A DNA stretch of 64,000 bases from a bacterium (GTDB lineage: Bacteria > SZUA-182 > DTGQ01 > JAFGSM01). The notes under the pieces were generated by a model, which had not been told where the DNA came from, ran no database searches, and worked only from the letters and a program-made list of their open reading frames with translations. The DNA is taken from assembly GCA_049472335.1 (NCBI GenBank), contig JBLIRO010000005.1, positions 37,708 through 101,707 on the forward strand. Direction: 5' to 3'. Each line of letters begins with the position of its first letter. Within the stretch, counting starts at the first letter, position 1. Position numbers and translations under genes: made by a program. Below are positions 50,867-59,319 of this stretch, in pieces.

Positions 50867-53800
50867 CTATTCCAGAAGATCACAGTAAGAAAAATAACTC
50901 TCTTTCCTCATATATATCAGATAGGATTCTGTTCTTATAACCGGGAAATCAATGCCTGAGGGCTTCCCCATAAAATATGAGGCTGTCTCCCTGCAACCTG
51001 TTTTTACATCAAACCTGCTGATAGCCGATACCGTGTTTGGGTCGCCCAGGCATGAGAGCAGACCGTAGGAAGTGACCGATTTTCTTTTCATCCCCGGATA
51101 AGTGATATTGTTGGGATCAAAAAGGTTATAGGGATCATATATACTGTTGGGATCAAAGGTATTTATCCCCGGCGGGAGATGGATGTCAAAAGGCTTAAGC
51201 TTAAAGTCCTCGATGGTGGGTGAGATCCTTTTCACGGAGATCTCACGGGTCTGCGACTCGTATCCTGTTTTTACAACCTCTATGTGGCATGGTCCGCTCG
51301 GATGGGGAATCCTGTATCTCCCATCAGGAAGGCTTATGGCCGATCCCCCGCCCGGCCTCCCTTCAATCCAGGCCCTTATAGTAGCACCTTCCAGGGCGGA
51401 TCCGCAAAGGGCGTCACTTATCGTGCCCTTGATAGAACCATCTATATTACCCGCCATGGGACGGAACACCGATAGCTCATACCTTGTTTCTGCACCGTAT
51501 ACGTCAGGATCAGAGTTGTATATCTTGATGTAATACACACCTGTGAGTGGGCATGTCCAGACAAGATGCTTCTTACGCGGCCAGCTCCCGGGCGGGATAA
51601 TATCCGCCAATGTCAAACCGTCAGACTTATATATCTCAAAAAAAGGTATCCATTCGATAAAGTCCACCTCGCGTGTTATGACTATTTCATAGACCTCACC
51701 CTCCAGGCCGTAGAACTTGACCCAGTCCTGATCCCCTGGGGTATTGAACTTATGCCCCTGTGGGCCCTTAAGCAGTGATGAGCCTGGATCTGACGAGTTG
51801 GGATCCCAGAAGAAAATGACATTGGCCTTTTCAGGAGTGTCATCATCCCCGTATTGGTAGACCATTGTCTGTCTGGGCAGTGATATATTCTCATTCTCAT
51901 CCATTGCATACACAGTGACAGTGTAGGGCCCCCTCCGGGAAAATCCATCATATTGCACGGAGTATCTGCCGCCCCCTGTATCGTCGAGGTCCACTGTTGC
52001 CAGTTCCATATCCGAATCCGTAACAGTTGCAGAAGCAGAATGAGGGATATAGCCGGGTGGTGCTATGATCCCCCAGACCCTTTTGATTGTGCCTGTAGTG
52101 GTGATATCCTTCACCCATATCCCGGCCAGGGTGTCACCATCCAGGTCCTGCTCAGGGCAAATAGACCCTATTATAGGCTCATCCCCTGCCAGGGTGATGC
52201 CGACACCTATATAGAAATCCCTGGAGCTGGCACCGTCTTCTGCATAATTAAAGATACCGTCGCCATTGTCATCCAGCATGGGGTATTGGGTATTGCCAGT
52301 AAAGATAATAGAATCGTGAGAATTTATAAAGGCATCCTCAACCCTGGCACCGTTTAGGACCTGCATCCAGAAAAATGCTGAAAAGGATAATTTGCCGCCA
52401 AAGAGGAAATGGGCATGCTGATCCGCCCATGTACTGGTAATGACTGTCCTCTTTTTCCCTTCAGGAGGGACAAGGAAGGGGAGAAAGCTCCCTGAGCATG
52501 AAGCGTCACAGATCACTGTTATCCTTTCCTGGATATGCCCCTGAAGGCCGTCCAGCCATCCGCCAAGCTCCTGGGCTGTTATCGATTCGTCTTGATTCAG
52601 GAAAAAGACCCTGTCATCCGCCTCCCCTATCATGTAGAGCACAAGGTCCTTGGTCTTCTCTGTCTCCACCCAGGTTGCAGCATCCGTCAAACCTGCCCGC
52701 GAGGGGGGACCATGGTGGCCATGCTCCTGGAAGTCGGAGGGCAGGTCAAGCCCCTCCAATAAATCACTGGTGCATAAAAAGTATATATCCTCCTGATAAT
52801 ACCTTTGAAGGATCAGGGCATTGTAAGCAAGTCTGATATTAATCTCCTCTGCGTGACTCAAACGAGCATATATATCCTCCCCCGCAAGGATAATCGCCCT
52901 GCGCCTCCGGGGATTATGTATATTGCAGTAGCGTGGATCATACCATGATATATTATTGGTATCATCCATTGCATAGACGTTGATCTGATAAAATCCAGGC
53001 ATATCAAATCCAAAATATTCCCAGTTGTAATTGTTTGTGCCTGAGACATTTGCCAGGGTAATCTCAGGCAGGCGTATAACCGTCCTGTTGGATGGGGTCT
53101 GTATGTATCTTTCGGGATTGGGGGGCCAGATTGTGGCCCACACCCTCTTGATTCCGTCAGAATCGGTTACATTCCTCGCATTAATAATGCCGTACTCCAG
53201 GTTATTTGGATCTGTGTCCTGGGTTACCCTTACATCTCCTATGACAGGGGCATCCAAATCTATGATCCACCCCTGCGGTTTAAAAGACACCATCTCTGCT
53301 ACAGCCCCGTCCTGATCATCACAACCCTTCTGATTCCCATTATCATCAAGCAGGGGTTTTTGATTGTAGCCCGATTTCATGGCATCCCGGGCATTATCAA
53401 ATGCATCATTCATGTTGGCGCCCATCATTATCCGTGTCCAGAAATGATTTGAAAAGGAGATAGCGCCGTTCGCCATGATATATGCTTCTTCATCATCGGA
53501 GGTGCTGCTGATCACTATCCTTTCTCCATTATAAGGCGGATTAAGGGCGGATAAAAAGCTGCCTGACTTGCAGGCATCAATAATGAGGATTACCCTCCCC
53601 TTTATCATCCCCTGGAGATCTGCCAGCCAGATATCCAGATCGGACGCGTAAAGGATCTCCTCCTCATTTATCCGAAAGGATTCTGTCCCGCCGTGATCGA
53701 CAAGATAGATGAGCACGTCACTGACAAATCCCCTCTGGCCGCCTGTCAAAGTCATGCTCTTGTTTGGGTCAGGCGCCCATTCCGTAATGGCATATTCAAG

Positions 53801-55414
53801 ACTGCCCAGGCTTGCATAGTCATCCGCAGATCTGCCATTAGGATCATTGGGATCATCAAAACGGGCATGGTCCGCAGTAAGATAATAGATGTCCTCCGGC
53901 GTAAAGCCAAGTAAATAAAGTGTGCTGTAGGCGCTGACAGCGCAACTGCGGGTGGAGTCCCATAGATTGTTCCCTAAATAAGGCCCTCCTCCGGCAACGA
54001 TGATGGCCTTTTTCACCTTTATGCATTTCCGGCCCGGATATGAGTCCGGATCATGATCATCACACTCCTCAAAGGCCATATAATCATCCCCGTCCTCATT
54101 CATTTCATCCGGCAGTATCGATCCGTCGCAGTCATTATCCTTTCCGTCAAGCATCTCAAATGCTCCGGGATAGGTATTTTTGTCAAGGTCATCACAATCA
54201 TTGTTACATAGCCTGTATTTATCCCCATCATCATCCGATTCAATGGCCGGAACAATGCCATCGCAGTCATTATCAAAACCGTCGCAGAGCTCAGGCGCCC
54301 CGGGATATCTGCTGGGATCGTCATCTTTGCAGTCACCCATGCAGGGAGTCCAACCATCCTGATCCGCATCAATCTCGCTCCTGGAGGGCTTGCCGTCACA
54401 ATCGTTGTCTTTCCCGTCGCAGAGCTCAGGCGCCCCGGGATAGGTATAGGGGTCGCTGTCATCGCAATCCCATTCACTGACACTGAATCCATCGCCATCC
54501 TGATCTACATCCTCCGTCTCCCCTGTCTCCAGACCAACCCCGTAGCCTGCCTGGTCGTTCCTGAGGTGTATCCACCCCGCCCGCTCAGACCAGGCATAGC
54601 CGTCAAAGTCTCCCGTATCCGGATCGATTCTGACCCGGGAGAAATCCGTATCAAACCTGATCCATCCACAGGCCTCGCTCCAGGCATAACCGGAGAGGTC
54701 CCCATTCCCTGCCCTGTTTACACCCCAGTCTGTGGCATCCGTATTCAGGTATGGCCCGCCCTTGTCTGCACCCAGCTTGATCCAGCCCAGGTTCTCTGCC
54801 CATGCGTATCCCCTCAGATGATCCGCCTCTAAAGTCACCCCGCCGAACATGGGAGAAAGGTTCACCCAACCCGCAGACTCAGCCCATGCGAATCTGTCAT
54901 TGGGATCGATACCCTCAGATCGATCCATCTGCACCTTGTAGCCGGCTGCATCGTTTCTGAGGTGTATCCACCCCGCCTGCTCAGACCAGGCATAGCCGTC
55001 AAAGTCTCCCGTAGCCGGATCGATTCTGACCTGGGAGAAATCCGTGTCAAACCTGATCCATCCACAGGCCTCGCTCCAGGCATAGCCGGAAAGGCCCCCA
55101 TTCCCTGCCCTGTTTACACCCCAGTCTGTAGCATCCGTATTCAGGTATGGCCCGCCCTTGTCCGCACCCAGTTTTATCCAGCCCAGATTCTCGGCCCATG
55201 CGTATCCCCTCAGATGATCCGCCTCTACAGTCACCCCGCCGAACATGGGAGAAAGGTTCACCCACCCGGCAGACTCTGACCATGCGTACTTGTTTACAGA
55301 AGAAATCCCGCTCTGCGTCCCTTCACATATGAACGGCAAAAGGATGATACATGACCAGGCAACGGCCATCAGGCCCTTTATAAGCATAATCCTGATTAAA
55401 GATATTCGATTCAT
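50867..55414 (-). CDS. Large secreted multidomain protein: duplicated YAWSE/GWI domain, Asp/Cys-rich repeats, two caspase/legumain(C13)-like domains, PPC-like and carboxypeptidase-regulatory-like domains
   Basis: N-terminal hydrophobic signal; DCDD..YPGAPELCDGxDNDCDG x4 (last partial); YLVDHGG..IIDACKSGSF; second copy MIGEAD..ICDASCSGSF; DQDWVKF; DGRYRI. Confidence 0.8.
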   Translation of the reverse strand: MNRISLIRIMLIKGLMAVAWSCIILLPFICEGTQSGISSVNKYAWSESAGWVNLSPMFGGVTVEADHLRGYAWAENLGWIKLGADKGGPYLNTDATDWGVNRAGNGGLSGYAWSEACGWIRFDTDFSQVRIDPATGDFDGYAWSEQAGWIHLRNDAAGYKVQMDRSEGIDPNDRFAWAESAGWVNLSPMFGGVTLEADHLRGYAWAENLGWIKLGADKGGPYLNTDATDWGVNRAGNGDLSGYAWSEACGWIRFDTDFSRVRIDPDTGDFDGYAWSERAGWIHLRNDQAGYGVGLETGETEDVDQDGDGFSVSEWDCDDSDPYTYPGAPELCDGKDNDCDGKPSRSEIDADQDGWTPCMGDCKDDDPSRYPGAPELCDGFDNDCDGIVPAIESDDDGDKYRLCNNDCDDLDKNTYPGAFEMLDGKDNDCDGSILPDEMNEDGDDYMAFEECDDHDPDSYPGRKCIKVKKAIIVAGGGPYLGNNLWDSTRSCAVSAYSTLYLLGFTPEDIYYLTADHARFDDPNDPNGRSADDYASLGSLEYAITEWAPDPNKSMTLTGGQRGFVSDVLIYLVDHGGTESFRINEEEILYASDLDIWLADLQGMIKGRVILIIDACKSGSFLSALNPPYNGERIVISSTSDDEEAYIMANGAISFSNHFWTRIMMGANMNDAFDNARDAMKSGYNQKPLLDDNGNQKGCDDQDGAVAEMVSFKPQGWIIDLDAPVIGDVRVTQDTDPNNLEYGIINARNVTDSDGIKRVWATIWPPNPERYIQTPSNRTVIRLPEITLANVSGTNNYNWEYFGFDMPGFYQINVYAMDDTNNISWYDPRYCNIHNPRRRRAIILAGEDIYARLSHAEEINIRLAYNALILQRYYQEDIYFLCTSDLLEGLDLPSDFQEHGHHGPPSRAGLTDAATWVETEKTKDLVLYMIGEADDRVFFLNQDESITAQELGGWLDGLQGHIQERITVICDASCSGSFLPFLVPPEGKKRTVITSTWADQHAHFLFGGKLSFSAFFWMQVLNGARVEDAFINSHDSIIFTGNTQYPMLDDNGDGIFNYAEDGASSRDFYIGVGITLAGDEPIIGSICPEQDLDGDTLAGIWVKDITTTGTIKRVWGIIAPPGYIPHSASATVTDSDMELATVDLDDTGGGRYSVQYDGFSRRGPYTVTVYAMDENENISLPRQTMVYQYGDDDTPEKANVIFFWDPNSSDPGSSLLKGPQGHKFNTPGDQDWVKFYGLEGEVYEIVITREVDFIEWIPFFEIYKSDGLTLADIIPPGSWPRKKHLVWTCPLTGVYYIKIYNSDPDVYGAETRYELSVFRPMAGNIDGSIKGTISDALCGSALEGATIRAWIEGRPGGGSAISLPDGRYRIPHPSGPCHIEVVKTGYESQTREISVKRISPTIEDFKLKPFDIHLPPGINTFDPNSIYDPYNLFDPNNITYPGMKRKSVTSYGLLSCLGDPNTVSAISRFDVKTGCRETASYFMGKPSGIDFPVIRTESYLIYMRKESYFSYCDLLE
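54542..55286. repeat. Tandem domain duplication, about 349-bp units at 396-bp offset (54542-54890 and 54938-55286)
   Basis: Near-identical DNA encoding AWxESAGWVNLSPMFGG...IHLRNDxAGY twice. Confidence 0.9.
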
Positions 55415-57126
55415 AGTAATCTTTTGGCAAGTATTGCATTGAGTGTCTTAGTAATAAAATTGATCTCCTCACTTGAATGCCTGAGGTTGATTGTATTTTT
55501 CCTTCCCGGATGGCCTTTTATGATAGCTTCGTTTATAAACAAGCTCCGGCACATCAATGCCCTTTCCGCAATTGGCCCAAGCCTCATGCCTGTTTCTGCT
55601 ATCCAGGCCACACTAAATCTTCCTTTCAACAAGGCATTCACAATATTATGAATATACTGGCAAGGGAAAAACAGCGGTTTGTCCCCAAGGGTTTTATTAT
55701 ATACATTTTTACCATTTTGTTCACCTCCCGTATCCAATCCACAAGTATCAGGTGCTGACCTTGAAAATACCCTTGAAGCCCCCAACCGAAGCCTGTTAAT
55801 ATTAGTTCTGTCGGCCATTACCTCCCAGACCCTGCCACGCTGGATGATCAGGATATCCCCTTTTAATTGTTTCCTGAACCACCTCTTTTGCCCGAAAAGG
55901 CTAACCGCATACCGTGGAGTCTGTTTCTGTAATTTTATCTTACCTTCCTGATTCAGGAAATAGTGCCTCAGCCAGGGAAAGTTTTTACAAAGGCCGGCAG
56001 TCAAGCGATAGGAGGAGGCCCATTGAAGATGCCCCAGATAGGAAGAAAGGGAGGCATATGTCTTTTCTATCACCAGCCTTGGCCAGGGAAAAAGGGCACA
56101 GCCCTGTGGACATACCTTCATGCCCGATTTCAAAAGGATCTCCTCTTTCTTCCTCAGGCAGCCTTTCATTGAGTTGACAACACGGCGACGCACAAGCAGA
56201 TAATCAGGCCGTACGATATAGCCGAGAAAATCCACCCCGTCTGAAACAGGGCGCAGTTTTTTCCTCTCGTTCAGTTCCAGATGCAGATGCCCCTTCAGAA
56301 ACATCTCTATCTCATGCTCCCAGTGCTCCAACTCTGCCCTTGACTGGGACAATAAAACCATATCATCGCAGTACCGCAGATAGAATCGGACCCTTAATGT
56401 ATGCTTCACAAACTGATCCAGGGCGTCCAGGTATACATTGGCAAAGAACTGGCTGGTCAGGTTGCCGATTGGCAGCCCGCAATCAGGCCTTGATCTGAAA
56501 AGGGTTTTGTGGGGAGGGAGACTCTCAAAATCCTCTCTTTTAACGTCCCTGAACCGGCAGTCTTTAGTGGGATCATTAAATATAATAACCCTCATGAGCT
56601 GTTGCACAACAGGATTCAGCTCATGGGCCACAAGCCTCCTGTATAAAATATGCTTGTCCAGGGTGATAAAAAATCCGCGGACATCCAGTTGCAGATACCA
56701 GGCAGGCCTTACTTTATTGGTGGTCACCTTGAGCATAAAGGACTTAAGCCTCTTTACCCCCCGGTGTGTGCCCTTTCCCTTTCTGCAGGCATAGGAGTCA
56801 AAGATAAACCTTCGCTCCCAGGAGGGCTCAAGGTGGGTAACCAGCAGATGATGCACGACCCTGTCCTTGAATGCCGCTGCAAATATCTCTCTCCTCTTTG
56901 GTTTTTCCACCATAAAGGCCTGGGAGCTTGCAGGGCAATAAACACCCCTGTTTAATCTGGTATACAGGTCCAGGAGGTTCTCTTCAAGGTCCTGCTCAAA
57001 GAGCATGGCATTATAGGTCTTGCGCTTTCTCTTCCTGCACTTGCGATAGGCCCTGTATATATTCTTGAGGTCAAAGAGGGGATGTACGCAATCCGGGAAC
57101 TTTAACGGGGCGGGCGGCGCCATCAT
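55411..57126 (-). CDS. DGR reverse transcriptase with C-terminal MutS-domain-I-like extension (start approximate)
   Basis: KRREIFAA.FKDRVVHH, SYACRKGKG, LQLDVRGFF, GLPIGNLTSQFFAN (DGR-type SQ), YLRYCDD, VDFLGY. Confidence 0.95.
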   Translation of the reverse strand: MMAPPAPLKFPDCVHPLFDLKNIYRAYRKCRKRKRKTYNAMLFEQDLEENLLDLYTRLNRGVYCPASSQAFMVEKPKRREIFAAAFKDRVVHHLLVTHLEPSWERRFIFDSYACRKGKGTHRGVKRLKSFMLKVTTNKVRPAWYLQLDVRGFFITLDKHILYRRLVAHELNPVVQQLMRVIIFNDPTKDCRFRDVKREDFESLPPHKTLFRSRPDCGLPIGNLTSQFFANVYLDALDQFVKHTLRVRFYLRYCDDMVLLSQSRAELEHWEHEIEMFLKGHLHLELNERKKLRPVSDGVDFLGYIVRPDYLLVRRRVVNSMKGCLRKKEEILLKSGMKVCPQGCALFPWPRLVIEKTYASLSSYLGHLQWASSYRLTAGLCKNFPWLRHYFLNQEGKIKLQKQTPRYAVSLFGQKRWFRKQLKGDILIIQRGRVWEVMADRTNINRLRLGASRVFSRSAPDTCGLDTGGEQNGKNVYNKTLGDKPLFFPCQYIHNIVNALLKGRFSVAWIAETGMRLGPIAERALMCRSLFINEAIIKGHPGRKNTINLRHSSEEINFITKTLNAILAKRLL

Positions 57127-57128
57127 TC

Positions 57129-57281
57129 TCCACTCCGAACCGGCCACACATGGTTATGATTGGACTTATGGTTGTTGTTGTCGTTGCCGTTGTTGAGGTT
57201 CACGACCCAGGCGTTGTCAGGGTTGTTGGCGTTGGAAGTGGAAGACCAGTAGTTGTTGGAGACAACGCCGGAAAACGGGTG
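57129..57281 (-). ncRNA. DGR template repeat (TR)
   Basis: 153 bp, rich in AAC codons on the minus strand; matches VR except at adenines and one 3-nt indel. Confidence 0.95.
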
Positions 57282-57429
57282 TATTATCCGTCCACTTCTC
57301 CCGGCATATATACCGGGACCATCGGCAGCCGATCCTTGAAAAAAGGTACGGACAGCCTGTGATATAATGCCTGCCCTGCCGGCAGGCGGGACGGACGCAC
57401 AATGATAAAACGGGTACGCCCGAAAAGGC

Positions 57430-57822
57430 CTAATTGCCTTTTTGGTTCTGACCATGCCCCGCCCTCCCCGAAGATCTTTTTATGGTTTGTTTTATCCATC
57501 CTTCATTCTGTTTTGATATATCTATTACCTTCTCACTTATATGGATATATATCTTTATACCGGAAAAACAGGCCGATTCATGACAAAGCCTGGAGAGCAC
57601 CTTAAGCCACTCCAGCTCTTCGCGGATCTTTAAGAGCATGGCGCCTCTCTCCTTGCTGCCATTGGCCTCTATGATCATCTTGAGTATGCCCCTGCTGCAG
57701 TTGCGAAGCTCCGTGCCCAGGGTGTATTTGTGGTAACGGCTGAACTCCCTTACAATCCTCTCCATATGTACAGCCAGGTCAAAGGCAGCCCTGTATATGG
57801 GAAGATGATCGTATCTGGCCAT
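57430..57822 (-). CDS. avd: DGR accessory variability determinant (Avd, four-helix bundle)
   Basis: MARYDHLPIYRAAFDL..FSRYHKYTLGTELR..ISKQNEGW; basic; directly upstream of TR; GGAGG RBS. Confidence 0.88.
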   Translation of the reverse strand: MARYDHLPIYRAAFDLAVHMERIVREFSRYHKYTLGTELRNCSRGILKMIIEANGSKERGAMLLKIREELEWLKVLSRLCHESACFSGIKIYIHISEKVIDISKQNEGWIKQTIKRSSGRAGHGQNQKGN

Positions 57823-57949
57823 TTGCGTGCCTCCCTTTCCATAATACAAACCTAATGCTAACCAATCTGTTAACGATAATAAAATCTTTATCCTGAATCA
57901 ATATTCATTATATTATAATTTATTATGCTATTTATTTATAATTTTGTCG

Positions 57950-57970
57950 GCAGGGGGGTACCCCCCCTGC
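57950..57970 (-). other. GC-rich DNA hairpin downstream of VR (putative homing/target-recognition element)
   Basis: Minus strand GCAGGGGGG-GTA-CCCCCCTGC, 9-bp stem with 3-nt loop, about 50 nt after the target stop. Confidence 0.8.
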
Positions 57971-58018
57971 ACCCCCCTAATTAACAAAGTATTCAAAGTA
58001 TCAAAGAACCAAAGAACT

Positions 58019-58879
58019 CTAACGTCCACTCCGAACCGGCCACACAAGGTTACGATAGGACTTACGGCGGTAGTAGTAGTCGTCGCCGAAGTAGAGGTTC
58101 ACGACCCAGGCGTTGACAGGGTAGCCGGCGTAGGAAGTGGAAGACCAGTAGTTGCCGGAGACAACGCCGGAAAACGGGTGATCAGAAGGCAACGCAGGAT
58201 CATACTTGCTATAATCTATCAGGCTCAACAGCTCCTTGATATTCGGGAGACGCCAGTCATTATGCCCGGCCAGAACCAGATCATTGCAAAAGGCAAGGGC
58301 CTCTGCCCAGGCTTTTGTTTCCCCCGGCAGAGTGGCATCCTTTGTCCACATCAGCCCTGTCAGGCTGTCTGTCACCGTGCCGTCCCCATGATCCTTAAAC
58401 CTGGGATCAGGCCAGGGCAGCCCCTTCTTTAGCTCTCCATCCTGACCTGTACCGGTGCATGGAATCGTATTCTCAGTATTTCCACTCGCATCATGGCACA
58501 CACCCTGCCCTGTCTTGGGAACAGGGGAGCGCCCACTATCAAAAGCCTTTTCCATGATCTCATTAACTGAATGCCCTGAAGGAGAAGGCCCCGAGGCAGG
58601 CTCCGTGAATCCACCGGTACGCTTTGCAGCCTTTGCCCCGGTGTCCACCCAGTTGTATATATCCTCCAGGGTATATACCGCGCTGTTGGGATCATTCGGC
58701 GGCGCTGGTGGGTCCAGGCTCCCGGCCATACACCTTGCTATAAAAAAAGCTGAAATTAAAAAGGCCACCGTCAGGATGCCTGATACAACCATCACTGACC
58801 TGCATGGCTCTAACAGATGCCTGTATAACAGCCCTAACAGCCCGGCATTCGATCTTTCCGGCTTGTCCTGTCTAATCAT
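58019..58879 (-). CDS. DGR target protein, membrane-anchored/exported DUF1566 (CLec-fold) domain
   Basis: Hydrophobic N-terminal segment; RFKDHGDGTVTDSLTGLMW, WRLPNIKELLSL, YWSST..AWVVNL..VWPVR; GGAGG RBS before 58879. Confidence 0.92.
   Translation of the reverse strand: MIRQDKPERSNAGLLGLLYRHLLEPCRSVMVVSGILTVAFLISAFFIARCMAGSLDPPAPPNDPNSAVYTLEDIYNWVDTGAKAAKRTGGFTEPASGPSPSGHSVNEIMEKAFDSGRSPVPKTGQGVCHDASGNTENTIPCTGTGQDGELKKGLPWPDPRFKDHGDGTVTDSLTGLMWTKDATLPGETKAWAEALAFCNDLVLAGHNDWRLPNIKELLSLIDYSKYDPALPSDHPFSGVVSGNYWSSTSYAGYPVNAWVVNLYFGDDYYYRRKSYRNLVWPVRSGR
58025..58180 (-). repeat. DGR variable repeat (VR)
   Basis: 156 bp at the 3' end of the target; 18 substitutions versus TR, all at TR adenines, plus one extra codon. 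Confidence 0.95.
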
Positions 58880-59319
58880 ACAAATCCCTCCCTTCCATCT
58901 TTTAAATGTAAATGTAAGCATAAATGTGGATTTAAGCAGCTTTCTGATCTATATGCATTTTTTCATAAGACGTTCATTCTAACATTTAAAAGTATATCAA
59001 GAATTATCAATTTTTCAATGAGAATAACGACAGGTGCAATCTCATAGCCGCTTCCTGTTACAATCCTTTTTTTTCTTTTAGGAATTTCCGGATTGCATCC
59101 TATTGATTCTAAAATTTCATAAGAGATTACTGTAAATATGGATCCGGATCAGACAAAATCAAAATACCAATTGCCATAATTGGAATTGCTGATTGCTGAG
59201 CGTGGGATTTGAAAAGACTCACAAATATGTTATATAATTTTCCCATGAAAAAAAGTAAGACAGGTGTAGCCCCGATTTGACCAACCGAGGATTCCGGGTG
59301 TCTTAGTGGTATGTAAGAC

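Noticed and set aside
54542..55286. Possible second TR/VR pair
   Set aside because: Differences involve all bases and are mostly synonymous; this is an intragenic domain duplication.
55411..57147. RT as group II intron, retron or CRISPR-associated RT
   Set aside because: The IGNLTSQ motif, adjacent avd and A-specific TR/VR pair identify it as DGR; I saw no intron domain V, msr/msd or cas genes.
57369..57390. CCTGCCGGCAGG palindrome between avd and TR
   Set aside because: Only 12 bp and single-copy here; it could be part of the TR RNA structure, but I cannot support a function.
57123..57455. 110-aa Asn-rich ORF resembling the target C-terminus
   Set aside because: It is the in-frame translation of the TR (AAC codons), a normal by-product of DGR templates and not evidence of a protein.
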